Source: Amoebophrya sp. A120 (lineage: Eukaryota; Protista; Dinoflagellata). From it: 64,000 nt of DNA. Positions 12,401 through 24,394 of this stretch are shown here, piece after piece (position 1 is the first letter of the stretch; every line of letters starts with the position of its first letter). Where the stretch lies: positions 362,344 to 426,343 of the forward strand of contig CAJINV010000013.1 in the NCBI GenBank assembly GCA_905178155.1. The letters run 5' to 3'. The notes under the pieces were generated by a model. That model was not told the DNA's origin. It searched no databases and worked only from the letters and a program-made list of their open reading frames with translations. Both the position numbers and the translations under genes were made by a program.

Positions 12401-13814
12401 CCGCGAGTGCCAACGACGCCCCGGTGTGCGCGTATGCATCGGAAAAAAATGTTTCGGGTCTGGACCATTTTTGCAGGATTTGTCATGCTTGGCGGACACG
12501 ACGCTGACCTCTGGGGTGGTTAGACACGAAGTGATCGTCTTGTATGCTATTCAAAAGCGCAGGTTTCCATGCGGAATACGCAACACTTGGCCACGTATCG
12601 CAGTGCGCTGACCACTAACAAGTAAATCCCTAGACTTCATTTTGCATCACAACTTCCAGACCTGGATATACTTATTTTCATTTGATAATGCGTTCGAGCG
12701 CGCGATTTCGTATCCGCTGTGGTCGTGGAACAGCATGAAGGACGACGGCAACTACCCTTGGCCCGCCTGGGACTCCCTCGACACGCGGAGTTTCTTCCCG
12801 GAAATCTCGCAGCGGCTGCGGCGTCCCACCGCCGCCCCCGTGACCTGGTTGCTGGGCGACTCCCACGCGGCGACGTTGACGCAGACCCTGCTGGCCGCCA
12901 CCGGCGAGCGCGTGGTGCTGGTCCAGACCGGGATCTGGCTCATGATGGCCAGCGACGCCGGCAGTCTGGAATTTTTCCAGGTCGTCCGCGCCGCCTTGCA
13001 ACAGGAGATCCGGGACGGCGATCGGATCGCGGTGACCTACTCCCAAGACCGGGTGAAGACGCCGGACCACGTGGCCAACTGGAAAAACCAACTCAACGCG
13101 CTCCAACAAATCGCGCACACCGCGGGTACCAGCACGAAGCTCATCCTCTTCAAGGACGTGCCCGCGTTGCCGAAGCCGGGCGTGATGTGTTTTCCGATGA
13201 AGTGGGGATTAAAGCTGTACGACTGCCGGGTCGAGAAGCAAGTTTTGAAGCAGCAAAGACAGGCAGAGACGACGCTGTTCCACGAACTTGTCTCTCAGGA
13301 TGCGACGAAACAGACCGTCAGCGTGGATTTGCTGGATCCCATGTGCCACAAGACCTACTGCGACGACTATGAACCGGGAAAAATAATGTTGCTAGTACTG
13401 TCTGGGGCCCCCGATAAGCAAAAGTTGCATCTAGAGTTGCATCTAGAGTTGCATCTAGAGTTGCATCTTAGAATTTGCATGCAGTATAGCAGTACTTGTC
13501 ACCTGTCACGTGACACGCCGTTATTTTCATCTTTTCATCACCCCCGATTTTGAATTTTTGCAACCCGGGTCAGCATGCAGGAACAAAGCTGCAAACAGGC
13601 GACAAACTTTCAACCTGATCAACAGGTTGCCGTCACACGAAAACTGCCATTTATTGTCCACGAAGTCCCAGTAGCATTATTTCTCCGTGATAGCAAAACG
13701 GTGCCCGGGTTCCCGGAGACGGTCGGCTACATCGACTCGCACCACCTTTCCGACGCTGCGGTGTACTACCTTGCGCCGTTCGTGTGTCATGCGCTGCACC
13801 AGCAGGGGCGGTGA
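9470..13814 (+). CDS. Acyltransferase-3 (OafA/OatA-like) O-acetyltransferase fused to an SGNH domain, 5 exons
   Basis: AT3 motifs YRPDIDGLRAVAVIAVVIYH, GFTGVDVFFVVSGY, FYARRIRRLYPAL, HTWSLGVEEQFY, RFWEM and GQISYCMYLVHWP. SGNH motifs LLGDSHA and YIDSHHLS (DxxH). Confidence 0.92.
11230..11465. mobile_element. TA-TIR introner-like intron
   Basis: Inverted repeat GGGGAGAACAAGTATGCTGGGTCA / TGACCCAGCCTACTTCTCTCCCC. Removing 241 nt joins PFALI to (S/A)TIGTCLFIV in frame. Confidence 0.7.
12433..12687. mobile_element. TA-TIR introner, family B
   Basis: TATGCATC...GGGTCTGGA / TCCAGACC...TTTGATA. Flanks are GCGCG/ATGCG. Removing 260 nt gives APVCA|FERAISYP in frame. Confidence 0.8.
13368..13692. mobile_element. 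TA-TIR introner-like intron
   Basis: TATGAACCGGGAAAAATAATGTTGCT / AGTAGCATTATTTCTCCGTGATA. Removing 330 nt links the SGNH body to TVPGFPETVGYIDSHH. Confidence 0.75.
13423..13468. repeat. 12-bp tandem repeat (AGTTGCATCTAG) x3.8, intronic
   Basis: Directly visible. It produces the spurious LHLELHLE peptide in the ORF track. Confidence 0.95.
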
Positions 13815-15389
13815 GTTTTTCCGCGGAAATGGAGTTATTTTGACGCTAATTTATTAAAGAGCTGGCGTGATTTTGGAAATACAAATAGGTATAGGACCTG
13901 ATGAAGAAATTGGCTAAGTGATCCAAATCCTTCCCTTAGGACTTTAGAACGAGACCGCGGATTTATTGTACGGCCATCTTCCACAGCATTTCTTCAGTAG
14001 GACTAGTTTGAGAGCTTTTATGCTAATTACGACTGCGTTGTACTATTCGCTACCACAATACAACATCAAAACTATACCAAAACTGTTGGAAAAAATGCAT
14101 TGCTTTTCGGAACAAGGAACATACATGCTTACATCTTTCAGCACAGTGAAAGGAAAGCCTTGATGGAATAAACACGTGAATAGTAGAAGTTTTCAAGAGG
14201 AAATTAAACGAACCGTAGTACGCATGCGTAATATCTTTCACGTATATGATCATGTCGTTTCTGTTTCTGCTGTAAAAAGATTTGCGTTGGCGCACGACGA
14301 GAGGCTCACGCCTGTCCCTGGCGCGGAGTTTTCAATTGGTAAGAACAGTGAAAAACTTTGCTGAATGGGCAGCATTGTTGGATTATTCTTGGACACGACA
14401 CAACCACCTGTACAATGTCTACTTGTCATGCTAGTTTGACTGCGAGTTTTTCTTCATCCCCTTGGCGGTTTTTCGTGGTTCCACGATGATTGCGCGAGTT
14501 GGTACTTTTTCGCTGCCGGTGTTCGCTGAGGAACACAAGTTCAATATGCTGGCGCCAGTACATTTACTCCTCTCCGATCAACATGATCTCAGTGGGTGGT
14601 AAAATCTCAGGACCGAAATCTGCGCAGGTCCGCTCGCGGTTTTGGCTCGTTGTGAACCTTCCAGCTCAATACGATAGGCACACAAGCAGCTTGAAGGTCC
14701 GGAAGCGGACGAGGTCTGAAGGCTCGAGCTTGTATCTAGTTTGAAGTATGGAAAAATATTTTTGCACTCCCAGAAGATCCCGCTCGATGCCGACTTTCTG
14801 ATAAGGAATAGCAACAAAAGGACACGTGATCAACTTGGGCACTTCGTATGTGCGTCGCGATACGGAGTTGCGAAATTTGCGTTCCACGAGGATCTTTTTT
14901 TTGCGATCAAGGTTTTTTGGAGATCTTACACTTGATCTGTGTTTCTCGATTTTCGCGCTATTTACAACAAGCGTCCATGTAGTTCTTGTCCGCCGTGCAA
15001 AAGAGCATTGAATGATTACTAGAACTGATGATCCTTCTTTGCGTTTAAAAGAACTCGACGCGCGACTTGTTGATTGTGAGAAGAAGTTTGTTGCGCTCTC
15101 GTGCTCTCCCGTTGCCGTGCTCTGCCGCCAGATTGCGATCCACTATATCAAAATCTGTCGTTTCTTGAATAGGAAAGGGATGTTCTAGTAGATCACGAGC
15201 TGAATTTTGAATACACATAACGATACGATACCTTACTTCATCTGCGAAGTGTTTTTTATCTTTCAAAAACTAACGAAGAAGCTTGTCCTCGCCTTGGTTT
15301 TTTTCCCTCTCCTCGACAAGGCGTTGACGGAAACGGTTTGACGGTCAGGAAAACTTTTTGAAGTGACGACACCAGCACTCTCGACCAGC

Positions 15390-18300
15390 ATGCGAACTTC
15401 CGCAAGTACGCTGCGGCGCTCGGTGTCGCGACCCGGCGCGCCGTCCCACGCCGCCGCACGACACCAAAAGAGGACCATCGCGACCCCGCCGCCGCGACAC
15501 ATGGTGCCTGTGCTGCGGCAGCAGGCGAGTCTGGAGCTGCGCACACAAATGCGGCCGCCGCTAGTAGTGGCAGCTAGTACAACATCAACGGCGCACCTGG
15601 CCGCGGCTCGTCCACAAGCGGGCTTCGTCGCGCGACCCTTCTGCTCGGCAGCGGCGGAGCTGTCGTCGTCCGTAGGCGCGTCCTTTGCCAGGGAAGGTGA
15701 GACAATGGATGGAATAGCGGAACAAGAAAGTACAAGTAGCAACACTCAGAATGGACTCAATGTGCCGGCAGCTTGGAGATCGAACGTGATCTACCACGAC
15801 CACGGGGTCATGACGGCCTACAATTGCATTTGTCAGGCCTTGGGCTCCAAACCGGAGGAGGAAAACAGGAAGCTGGCAGACGAGTACTTATGAGTGATTG
15901 TTGTTCTGAAGACCAAGAAGCTCAGGACTGTTCGTGCTTACGGATTGATCCGACATTAATTTGTAAATGCGCCGCGGTTATATACAGGAGTTCCAAACAT
16001 AAATCCTTTTAGCACAACCGTGATTTCTTTTCCACTTTGGATATCATGTTGTACCATTTTGGTCGTCCTCACAGGTTTTTTTTCCAAATCAAGTGCCTGG
16101 ACCAGACCTTCGAGGGCCGGTCCCGCAACAAGCGGACGGCCCGGAAAGAAGCGGTGAAGCAGTTGCTGTCCGGCTTACAGCACCAGTTCACGCAGGACCA
16201 GCTCGACACCATCTGCCTGACCACTTATGCATTCCAAACATCCGTCTGGGTCTTCAATTTGCTGCAGAGGTTTATCCTCCACTCCTTGCTGTGACGCTAA
16301 CTCTGGAGCGGACAAAAATCTGTATTGCATGACTTCCAAAACAAGTTGCCTTCTTGTTGACTTTTTCATGCGGGGAAGAATATTTTTTAAGAAGCCTGTG
16401 CAAAGAACCCTGTGCCAATGCTTTGTTTGCATTCAAGTTCATCTAAAAGTATTTGATCCAGAAACTGGATGAGAAATAACAAGTGCGCGACTGTTCCAGA
16501 CCTAGACATGATATTTGCATATCATACCACCGCACAAAAACTGATTCTGGACCAGAGCAAGACGGGGGCGAACAGTTTGAACGTGAAATTTTCGACCGTG
16601 AACGCGGACGACATGACCGCGAAGCCGGAGGTCACCGCGGAGGTTGCCATCGGCGGGGTATCGAAAGGAAAAACTCCCCCTCCCCATATCGAAAAGGCAT
16701 GTTTCCGAAAATTTGTGTTGCTGATTTGAGGTCACAAATTTGTCTTGCAAGAAGAGAAGTGCAAAAGCTTCGCCCCTTTTATGGAGGCGATTTGTCATGC
16801 TGTTGGGCCTAAAGGGCAGCCGTTTGCCATGCTGAGCAACTAGACCGATACGCCCCTACATAGCCCGAGGATCTGGCCGCAGTGCCTTCCTGCAATACAA
16901 AGCCGATTTGTGTACACAAATCCAGCATCAGAAGCTTCGTTTTGATATGGGGAGGGGGGCTTTTTCCTCTCGATACGGGGTGGAGGCCAGCGGCGTTGGG
17001 GACACGGAAAAAGCCGCCCGGTTAGTGGCCTTCGACCAGCTCATCGAGAAGATGATGATGTCCAGTGGCGCCTTTGGAATAAATCCCGCGGGAGGTGCGG
17101 AAGGCGGGGGTACTTACTTTCGTTTTTGTTTACGGAGACACAAAAATTTGTCAAGAGCATCTTCCTAAAACAACGCTGCAGGAAGAGCGTTACACCGTGC
17201 TTCTGACAGTGGCTGAATACGACGAGGACACCGCAGTGCTTTCTCTGTTAGAACACGACACCACAGTACGAAGAGGAGATTCTATAGCGCTGTTTGTCGT
17301 ATGTTGACTACTTTTTTGTAACTCTCACACTTCTTCCTACTGCAGACGCGTCCTCCAAAGCGCCCCCGCAACCGAAATCCTCTTCGGCCTTGCGCGCTGC
17401 GTCGATGATTTCGCGGCACAACACGGTCGCGCAGCGCATGCGGAACAACGTGGAGTTTCACTTTGAATTCGCCGACGAGAAGTGGACATCGACCGTGGTG
17501 TGGAGCGACGGCGAGTACGCGGAGGGGGTTCACTATGGGAGTGTCAGGATCGAAATTGACAAAATCGAAAAATTTGTAATGCATAAAATGCATGACGCGC
17601 AATACGTGTGTTGCAGAGCAGGCAAGTGAGGCCGATTGTAAGCCTGTTTGGGGTTATAGCTCGAGCTGCTAAAGCAGCAGGAGAGAATCAGTCTTCCTTG
17701 CCTAAACAGCATAACAAACTGGATTTAGGAACCGCCAGAATTTGTCATGCGCCACTTAGAGACTGGGTTCGAACTGGAATCCATTTTATGCATGACAAAC
17801 CATTTCGATTTTGTCAATTTCGATTCTGACACTTGCATATGCACAGCAGCAAGACGTTCGCCAAGGCGCTCGCCGCGGAGAACATGCTGGTGAAGCGCGG
17901 CGTTCTGCAGCGGAGCCTGACCGAGGAGGAGCTCGCGCTGGCGGACAGTCCGGAGGGGCCGGAAACGCTGAATAAGCTCCCCCCGCAGGCCTGGGACCTG
18001 TTTCTCCCCTCCCTGTGGAAGGAATCCGCGGAGAGCTGCCTCCCCTTCCTCACGCAACGAACCCCCGAGCAGGGCTACATGCCCGTCGATTTGTGGGAAA
18101 CGCTGATCCAGGACACGGCCGCCCGCGGCGCCCGGGAGCAGGAAGAGAACGGCTTCCGCCAGAAAAACCAGGACGTACGGGACTTGTGCAACTGCTGCGT
18201 CGAGTAGGCATTGGGAAACTTGTGTTCTTGAAGACGCCGTCCACATGCAACACAACACTAGGCATAAATACGCAAAAGTCCTTTCTTTCACAGCAGTGCA

Positions 18301-21300
18301 ACAACTGAATCGCGTCGTTTTATGCTGTCGTGCACATCAGAACGCCATCCAGCTTATGATGCAAAAAGACGGAAACAAGATGTGTTGGCGTTTGCGCGTG
18401 TGCGGCTTTTTCTCTTTTTCCCTTCCATCTCGCGGGCGAGTTCTACGCGACCGGCGGAGCAGAGTACTTTCACAAGTGGCGTGGCCTCCTCGGGTTAGGT
18501 ATTGTGAGGCAAAATCCACCACCTCTCCATAATGCGAGCTGAAAGCAGGACTTCAGATCTTCGACACTTTGTACGCACAAATGCATATCATGTACGTAGT
18601 ACTTCCGGAGCAGAGCTTCGTCTAGAGTACTTATGCTGGTCGACGCAGTAGAGCTATTTGGCATGCCACACGACTGCTGCAAAAGTAGCAGCAATAAAGA
18701 AATAAACGATGGGAGAAAGCTGGTACTTGATGATGTTTCTCTTGCAAAACAAACTGCACTTTGACTTGCGCACACGAAACACGCAAGAGCAGCTCGCTTT
18801 GGTCACGGGGTTGGCAAGGGATTTTTCGTCACGATACCAGAGGAGCACGCGATGTTTGACCAGGCTGCGGATGAGGTGGAAAACATCGGCCCCCTGACTG
18901 TGGGCACGCTCGGAAACTGGCCGCTGTTTAAAGTGGAGGGATTCGCTTCCGACGCTTTGCACACGGACGATTTGTTGCTGGTAATGAAGTGCTACTTCCT
19001 GCTACTTCCGAATTTCAGTTTGGCGGTGTTCTCTCAGGGCGAAATTTAGACTCCCTTTCGCATTGCGAATGACAGGCGTGCCTGGTTAAAACGCAGCGCG
19101 AGTACTTCCATAAAGATGCCGTTTTAGTTGATTACAGCCAGAACTATGCATTCTCAGATTCCTATTCATAGATCCTGACACCAAAACGCAGGTATGCGGG
19201 CGCCCCTGCCGGGTGACCTCGGCCAACCCGAAGACGCAGCAGGCCATGTTGCGATTGCTCGACCCGCGAGAGGACGATGCGGACCTGTTTCAGGAGGGCA
19301 GCGAGATCTACGCTGCACAATTTGGCATGGCGGTTCCGAACGAACGGATGGTGCGCGCGTTGAAGTTATCCTGTGTGAAGAGGACGCCCCCACCGTCACA
19401 AAGTTTGCATGTGAGTGTGCATGGCGGGAACGTCTCACATTTTTTATTCTACTGTAGTTGGGAAAGAGAAGAAAGGAGCCTGCTGATGTGGCCACGCTAG
19501 TTGACCACGACTGCCGTGGAGCACTCGAATTTGCCATGGCCGACGTCCTGCAAGACCTCTTGGTTTGCATAGCGTATTTTGCATATTGTCTGGGAGCAGG
19601 TGGGGAAGAGTTTCTGCAGGATAGAAATCGTTTGCGGGATACAAGCCACCTGAATACGATCAGGTGCAACCTATGCCAGTATCGGATTGGCTGCAGGGCA
19701 TGCTGGTGAACCCAGAGGGCATTGGGTACTTACACACTGGCTATTCGCGGCTTAAATTATCGAGACGCTGTAAACCGAAATATATTTATGTTTATCGTAT
19801 GAACATGATTGACGCACTAGTCACTGCAGGATATATAAAAGGTTTCTTCTTGTACTTCCTCATCAAGGGCAGGCACCTGTAGTGTTGGATTGTAGTCCGT
19901 CGGTGCAGAAAAAAAAGTTTCGACTTCAGTTGAGAATGATATCAACTCACGAACAGTTTCGGTTCCGAAGTGGATCACACGGAGAAGATTGCGGAGCCGG
20001 TTCCGCCCTTGGTCTCCATTCCCCTGTCGGAGTCGCAGAAGGCCGCCCTGGAAGCCGCCACCAGCCGGCGCATCACCCTGATCCAGGGGCCCCCGGGAAC
20101 GGGAAAAACCTACTGCGGCGCGGCCATTGTGTCCTCCTACGTGGCGAAGACCCCCTCGGCGCGCGTCCTCGCCTGCGCGGACAGCAACGTCGCGGCCGAC
20201 AACCTCTGCTTCAAGATTCAGCAGCTCATGCCCGGCGCCCGGGTTGTCCGCGTGGGCGACGGGGGCTGCGACGAGCTGCGGAACCAGGTGTTCGAGAACG
20301 AGGGCCGGGAGCTCGACGTGCTGTCCATGAGCACCGCAGAGGTGCGGGAAGCGCGAGCGCAGGCCATCCGGCGCCAGCTGCCGAACGCCCAGGTGGTGGT
20401 GGCGACCTGCATCGGGTCCGGCATGGACGCGCTGGACGTGGGCGGCAGTTACGACCTGGTGGTCATCGACGAGGCGAGTCAAGCGCTGGAGCCCGCCACC
20501 CTGGTCGCGCTGGAGCGCGCGGGCCAGGACGTGAAGCACGTCGTCCTCATCGGGGACCACAAGCAGCTCCCGCCCATATGGATTGCAAAAATGTCTGGGT
20601 CTGGAAGAATGCAACTTGTGATGCTATTTTTGGAATCTAAGAAAATCTGTATTGCATGAGCAGCAAGAGGCGTCCAGTTTTTGCTCCGCGGAGAGGAAAT
20701 TTGTCATGCGGGATAGGCATCAAGATACCCGCAAAAAATCTGTCATGCTAGGTCATACATTACAGGCATCATAGCCCGTGCGAAATATGCATGACAAACC
20801 TGGAAATCTTCCAGACACAGACATTTTTACAGTTGATAGCCCACGGTGCTCTGCAACGACTACCAGGTGGGCGTCAGTTTGTTCCAGCGTCTGGCCGACC
20901 GGGGCGTCGACCCCCTCATGTTGATCGAGCAGCGCCGCATGCACTCCCTGATCGCGGATTTTCCGAACAAAAACTTCTACAACGGCCGACTGCTCAACGC
21001 CACCGACGACGCACAGTTGCAACCGGTCACCGTCCAGAAGGAATCCAACGTCGAATTGGTCCATTGCGCACCATATCATACAGAAAAAGGGCTAGCGGTA
21101 GCGCTTGTAAAGAGGCATGCGTTCTTTAATTTTCCACTGCAAGAGAAGTTGTACTTAAGTATGCATAAGCACAACGCATAATGTTGTCTAAAAATCAAAC
21201 GCTGTACAACAAGCAAGAACAAACTGAACGACGTCCGAACCAACATGTTTGCAACATCCATAGCACTTGAGTGTGCCTTTCTAGTTTGAGCAGTGAGCAG

Positions 21301-23300
21301 TAGCCTACTAACTCGGGGAAAAAAAACTTGTCTGCTTTCGTGTGCCACCAGCTGCAATTTTTCCCTTTGAGACGCCGATTGATTTCCAGGGCAACGAGGT
21401 GAAGAAGGGGGAGTCCACGTGCAACAAGTACGAGGCCGACAAATTGGTGAAGTACCTGCAGGAGCTGAGCCAGGCCGAGCCCGGCTTTGACCAACTCACG
21501 ATCGGGATCCTCACACCCTACGCCGCGCAGAAGCACTTACTGGAGAATTTACTTTTCGACCACGGGTTACTGCGGGAGAACATCCGCATCGATACCATAC
21601 CATGTTGAAAAAACATCTTTTCTCCAGAAGAAGAGACGAATTCACCGCCACAAAATGAATCGCGCGCGCTTCCACCTCGGAAGACGCAGTTTTTTTTTGT
21701 TCCATTTGCTCCTGAAAAGCACTCTCTGCATCACATCTATATATAGTTCGCGTGGTTGAAACGTCTTCGGCGGGGGAACGGTGTTTCTTCAACGTGATAC
21801 ACTATCGACGGGTTCCAGGGCATGGAGAAGGACCTGATACTTTTCTCGGCGACGCGGTCCAACGCTCGGGGCGACCTCGGCTTTCTCAAGGACCCGCGCC
21901 GCATGAACGTGATGCTGACTCGCGCGAAAAAGTCGCTCGTGGTGTTCGCGGACGCAACCTGCTTGCGATCCTCCACCGCCGGGCATTGGCCCTCCTGGGT
22001 GCACTGGGTGCAGGAAAACGCAAAGGTGCGGTTGCCTGTTAGAGATATCACAATACTCCTTCATTTTGTCCGTACACACACTCCTGCCCGCACTTGTAAA
22101 GGGAACGGGAAACTTTTGAGATTTTTGCTCGTGCCTGCTTTTCGTGCGACAAGAAGTTGATACGCTAATATTCCTCTTGGTGCACTTTACCTCATGCGCG
22201 AATATTTAGGTGTCGGGTGACGAGCTCGCCTCTGCGTTTTCCTCCAGCTGGCACAATCCCCCGCGCATCAATGCGACTGAGGAAAGCAACGACGAGGAGT
22301 CCGATTTTTTGAAAATGCTTCGCGCGAACGAGCAGGGCGCAAAGAGTTTTCAAAGCACCACCACCGCGGCGACGCCCACTGCCGAAACCGCCGAAGTGCA
22401 CCGGGGCCGGCCATCAGTGAAGCCGAAGGACGACGGTGCGCAGGTGGAATTGAGTAGGAAAAGAGAAAATAATTGTACAACTGGATCCTTTCCGCTGGAT
22501 GACTGGATGTTGTTCTGTATGTGAGTAGAAGAAATTTAAGAAATTTATTCAAATTTCTTCAATTATTTGTTCCTCGTAGAAGTGACTGGGCCCGTGTGGT
22601 CACCAGTAGCGTTAAGAAAAGATGAATTGCGGAAGAGGTGCAAGCGGTACAGTTTTTCCCAGGATACTCGGCGAAGCCGAGTTTGAGGCGATGATGCAGA
22701 CAGACAGTCTTCCGGAAAACGAGAGCGCTGTGAAAAACCGGCAAACGGAACAGGAGAGCTTTCTCAAAATGCTGGACGAAGCAGCGCGGCGCGACACAAC
22801 TGGGGGGAATGCTTCTAGCGGCAGCAGTGCAACTTCTTCTGCGGTAGCAGCTGCTAGTGCCGGGATGTGACGAGCAGGTTTTACAGTATAGACACCTTAT
22901 TCGAGTTCAAAATGTTTTCTTGAACAACATCGTTCTTTTGATGAAAAAGAAAGATGTGGGTGGCTATTCCGCTCACCTTGAGAAGCGCGCACGCAAGTCT
23001 TTTTATGAAGAAGTACGCGCCTACACAGTTGTCGTCTTTCAAGCAGTAAGTGTTAGTTTACTCAGCCAGGGATCTTCAAAATGACATGATAACGTGAGGG
23101 CTAGACGAGTAATCAATTTTCACAGATCCGCTCTCGTTTTGCCTGAGACGTCGACTATTCCGTGTCGGGTTCGGTCTCAACTGACGAGAGCCAAAATGAA
23201 ACTCAGGTGGCAGTTGAAGATCCTTTTTACGGCGGACTTCGTTCCATCCGCAGAGAGGATAATCTGCTTTTTACCACAGTGCCAGTTTTTTACTTGAAGC
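15390..23300 (+). CDS. Upf1/DNA2-NAM7-like SF1 helicase with three N-terminal dsRNA-binding domains, >=15 exons (3' end approximate)
   Basis: Helicase motifs LSESQKAAL, LIQGPPGTGKT, SNVAADNL, VVIDEASQA, IGDHKQLPP|TV, SLFQRL, QRRMH, ILTPYAAQ, DT|IDGFQGMEKD, GFLKDPRRMNVMLTRAK. dsRBD C-terminal signatures FEGRSRNKRTARKEAVKQLL, ASGVGDTEKAARLVAFDQL and AEGVH|SSKTFAKALAAENML. Confidence 0.88.
16226..16526. mobile_element. TA-TIR introner, family B
   Basis: TATGCATTCC...GTCTGGGTCT / AGACCTAGAC...GCATATCATA. Flanks are CCACT/CCACC. Removing 306 nt keeps the frame. Confidence 0.85.
16659..16975 (+). mobile_element. TA-TIR introner, family A, 317 bp
   Basis: ~37-bp TIR TATCGAAAGGAAAAACTCCCCCTCCCCATATC / GATATGGGGAGGGGGGCTTTTTCCTCTCGATA. 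Perfect 5-bp TSD CGGGG. Removal gives AEVAIGG|VEASGVG. Confidence 0.93.
17534..17839. mobile_element. TA-TIR introner, 306 bp
   Basis: ~55-bp TIR (AGTGTCAGGATCGAAATTGACAAAATCGAAA...). Flanks are TTCAC/TGCAC. Removing 311 nt rebuilds the dsRBD motif GVHSSKTFAK. Confidence 0.92.
18500..18836. mobile_element. TA-TIR introner coinciding with GT-AG intron 18499-18840
   Basis: TATTGTGAGGCAAAATCC / GGATTTTTCGTCACGATA. The element plus 5 nt is 342 nt, the same length as the GT..AG interval. Splicing gives WRGLLGL|EEHAM. Confidence 0.85.
19367..19641. mobile_element. TA-TIR introner-like intron
   Basis: TATCCTG...GCGGGATA. Flanks are GAAGT/CAAGC. Removing 280 nt joins ERMVRALK to PEYDQVQPM in frame. 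Confidence 0.7.
20577..20838. mobile_element. TA-TIR introner, family B, 262 bp
   Basis: TATGGATTGCAAAAATGTCTGGGTCTGGAAGA / TCTTCCAGACACAGACATTTTTACAGTTGATA. Perfect TSD GCCCA. Removal restores helicase motif III GDHKQLPPTV. Confidence 0.95.
21598..21799. mobile_element. TA-TIR introner, 202 bp
   Basis: TACCATGTTGAAAAAACA / TGTTTCTTCAACGTGATA. Flanks are TACCA/CACTA. Removal restores motif V DTIDGFQG. Confidence 0.9.
22455..22666. mobile_element. Degenerate TA-TIR intron
   Basis: Starts TAG and ends GATA, with a partial inverted repeat. Removing 217 nt joins the 22210 and 22622 frames. Confidence 0.55.
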
Positions 23301-23730
23301 ATTTCCGAAAAAAGTACTGGCTTTCGGATGAATGGTTTTTCCTAAAAGTTGTAGTACAACGAGAACTGCTTGGGTCTAGTGCAAGACCGAAGCGAGTGTC
23401 TCTATGCAATTCCGAAGCCACTGAAATAATCCACTTCAGGTTTATCGAGGACTACGATGGAATAACTCCTCGAGCAGCCGGCTCAGGGAGCGCCCAAGGT
23501 AGGCTTCTTCGAATTACTTGCTGAAAATGAACATAGCGAAGATCCTCGTTTTTCGAGGAAGTAGAAGATACTTACTACGTACAGCAGGTCCGTTACACAG
23601 GTCCGTTACAACTTTTTTTCCAAATCGAACGACAGAAAAAAGCCTACCGCCTGTCTCCAAGATGACAGTAACGTAAGGGCTACGTCCACACGGAAACGCG
23701 ACAACGAAATGAATTACCTGACAGAGTTTT

Positions 23731-23766
23731 AATTTCCTCCATTCGAGCAATTTCCTCCATTCGAGC
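23731..23766. repeat. 18-bp perfect tandem duplication
   Basis: AATTTCCTCCATTCGAGC x2. A 13-bp duplication CAGGTCCGTTACA x2 lies at 23585-23610. Confidence 0.9.
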
Positions 23767-24394
23767 GGATAAGTCTTCGATATTTTTTCTTACATCTAGC
23801 GACGAGTCTTTCACCAGTCTCTAAAAGTCTGATACGCTGCTGCTTTCGGCGAACACAGTAGTATGTTCTATTTACACCGAATGACTCCCGAGAAGTTTTG
23901 ACTTTCGATGATCTTCAGGCATCTTCCTGGCGAACAGAGACACGCCTATCTACAAAAGTAGGACGAAGTTGCGCCTTCTGAAAATTTTTCCGGGATGTTC
24001 TTTGAAAATGTCAAGCTTGCGTTTGCGGTGTCGCTGTCCCTGCTAAGTAGATTTTGTTTCTCTGGTGGAACTACACCTAATGCTAATTTCGACGTCGCAC
24101 GCTGCTTCCGAACTTTCGTTCTTCTTTTCTACTACTGAGAAGAGTGTGGGGGATGAGGAGGACAGAAAAAAACTGAACAGAACAAGTGCGACCACTGGCC
24201 GTGCGCTCTATATTTCACTCTTGAGCGAGGTTTTCAGGTTTGCTCCTTTTCCTTGAGCGTGTCAGCACTTCACCTACCACTTAATTTCACGGCCTCTGTC
24301 AGACAGAAGCTAGCAAAGATCATAGACCGTCTCCCTGAGAGCTTCGCTCCTAGTACAGTGGCTATACCGCCTCGGCACGTTTCTTCCCGTCCCT

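Noticed and set aside
11446-12486. Long minus-strand and alternate-frame ORFs (also 19817-20614, 26807-27691, 53435-54133, 62963-63841)
   Set aside because: They are shadows of GC3-rich + strand exons and have no motifs of their own.
13423-13468. LHLELHLE peptide repeat as a protein feature
   Set aside because: It is a 12-bp tandem repeat inside the 13368-13692 intron.
15390-23300. Calling the helicase UPF1
   Set aside because: It lacks the N-terminal CH zinc-knuckle domain and carries dsRBDs instead, so no symbol was assigned.
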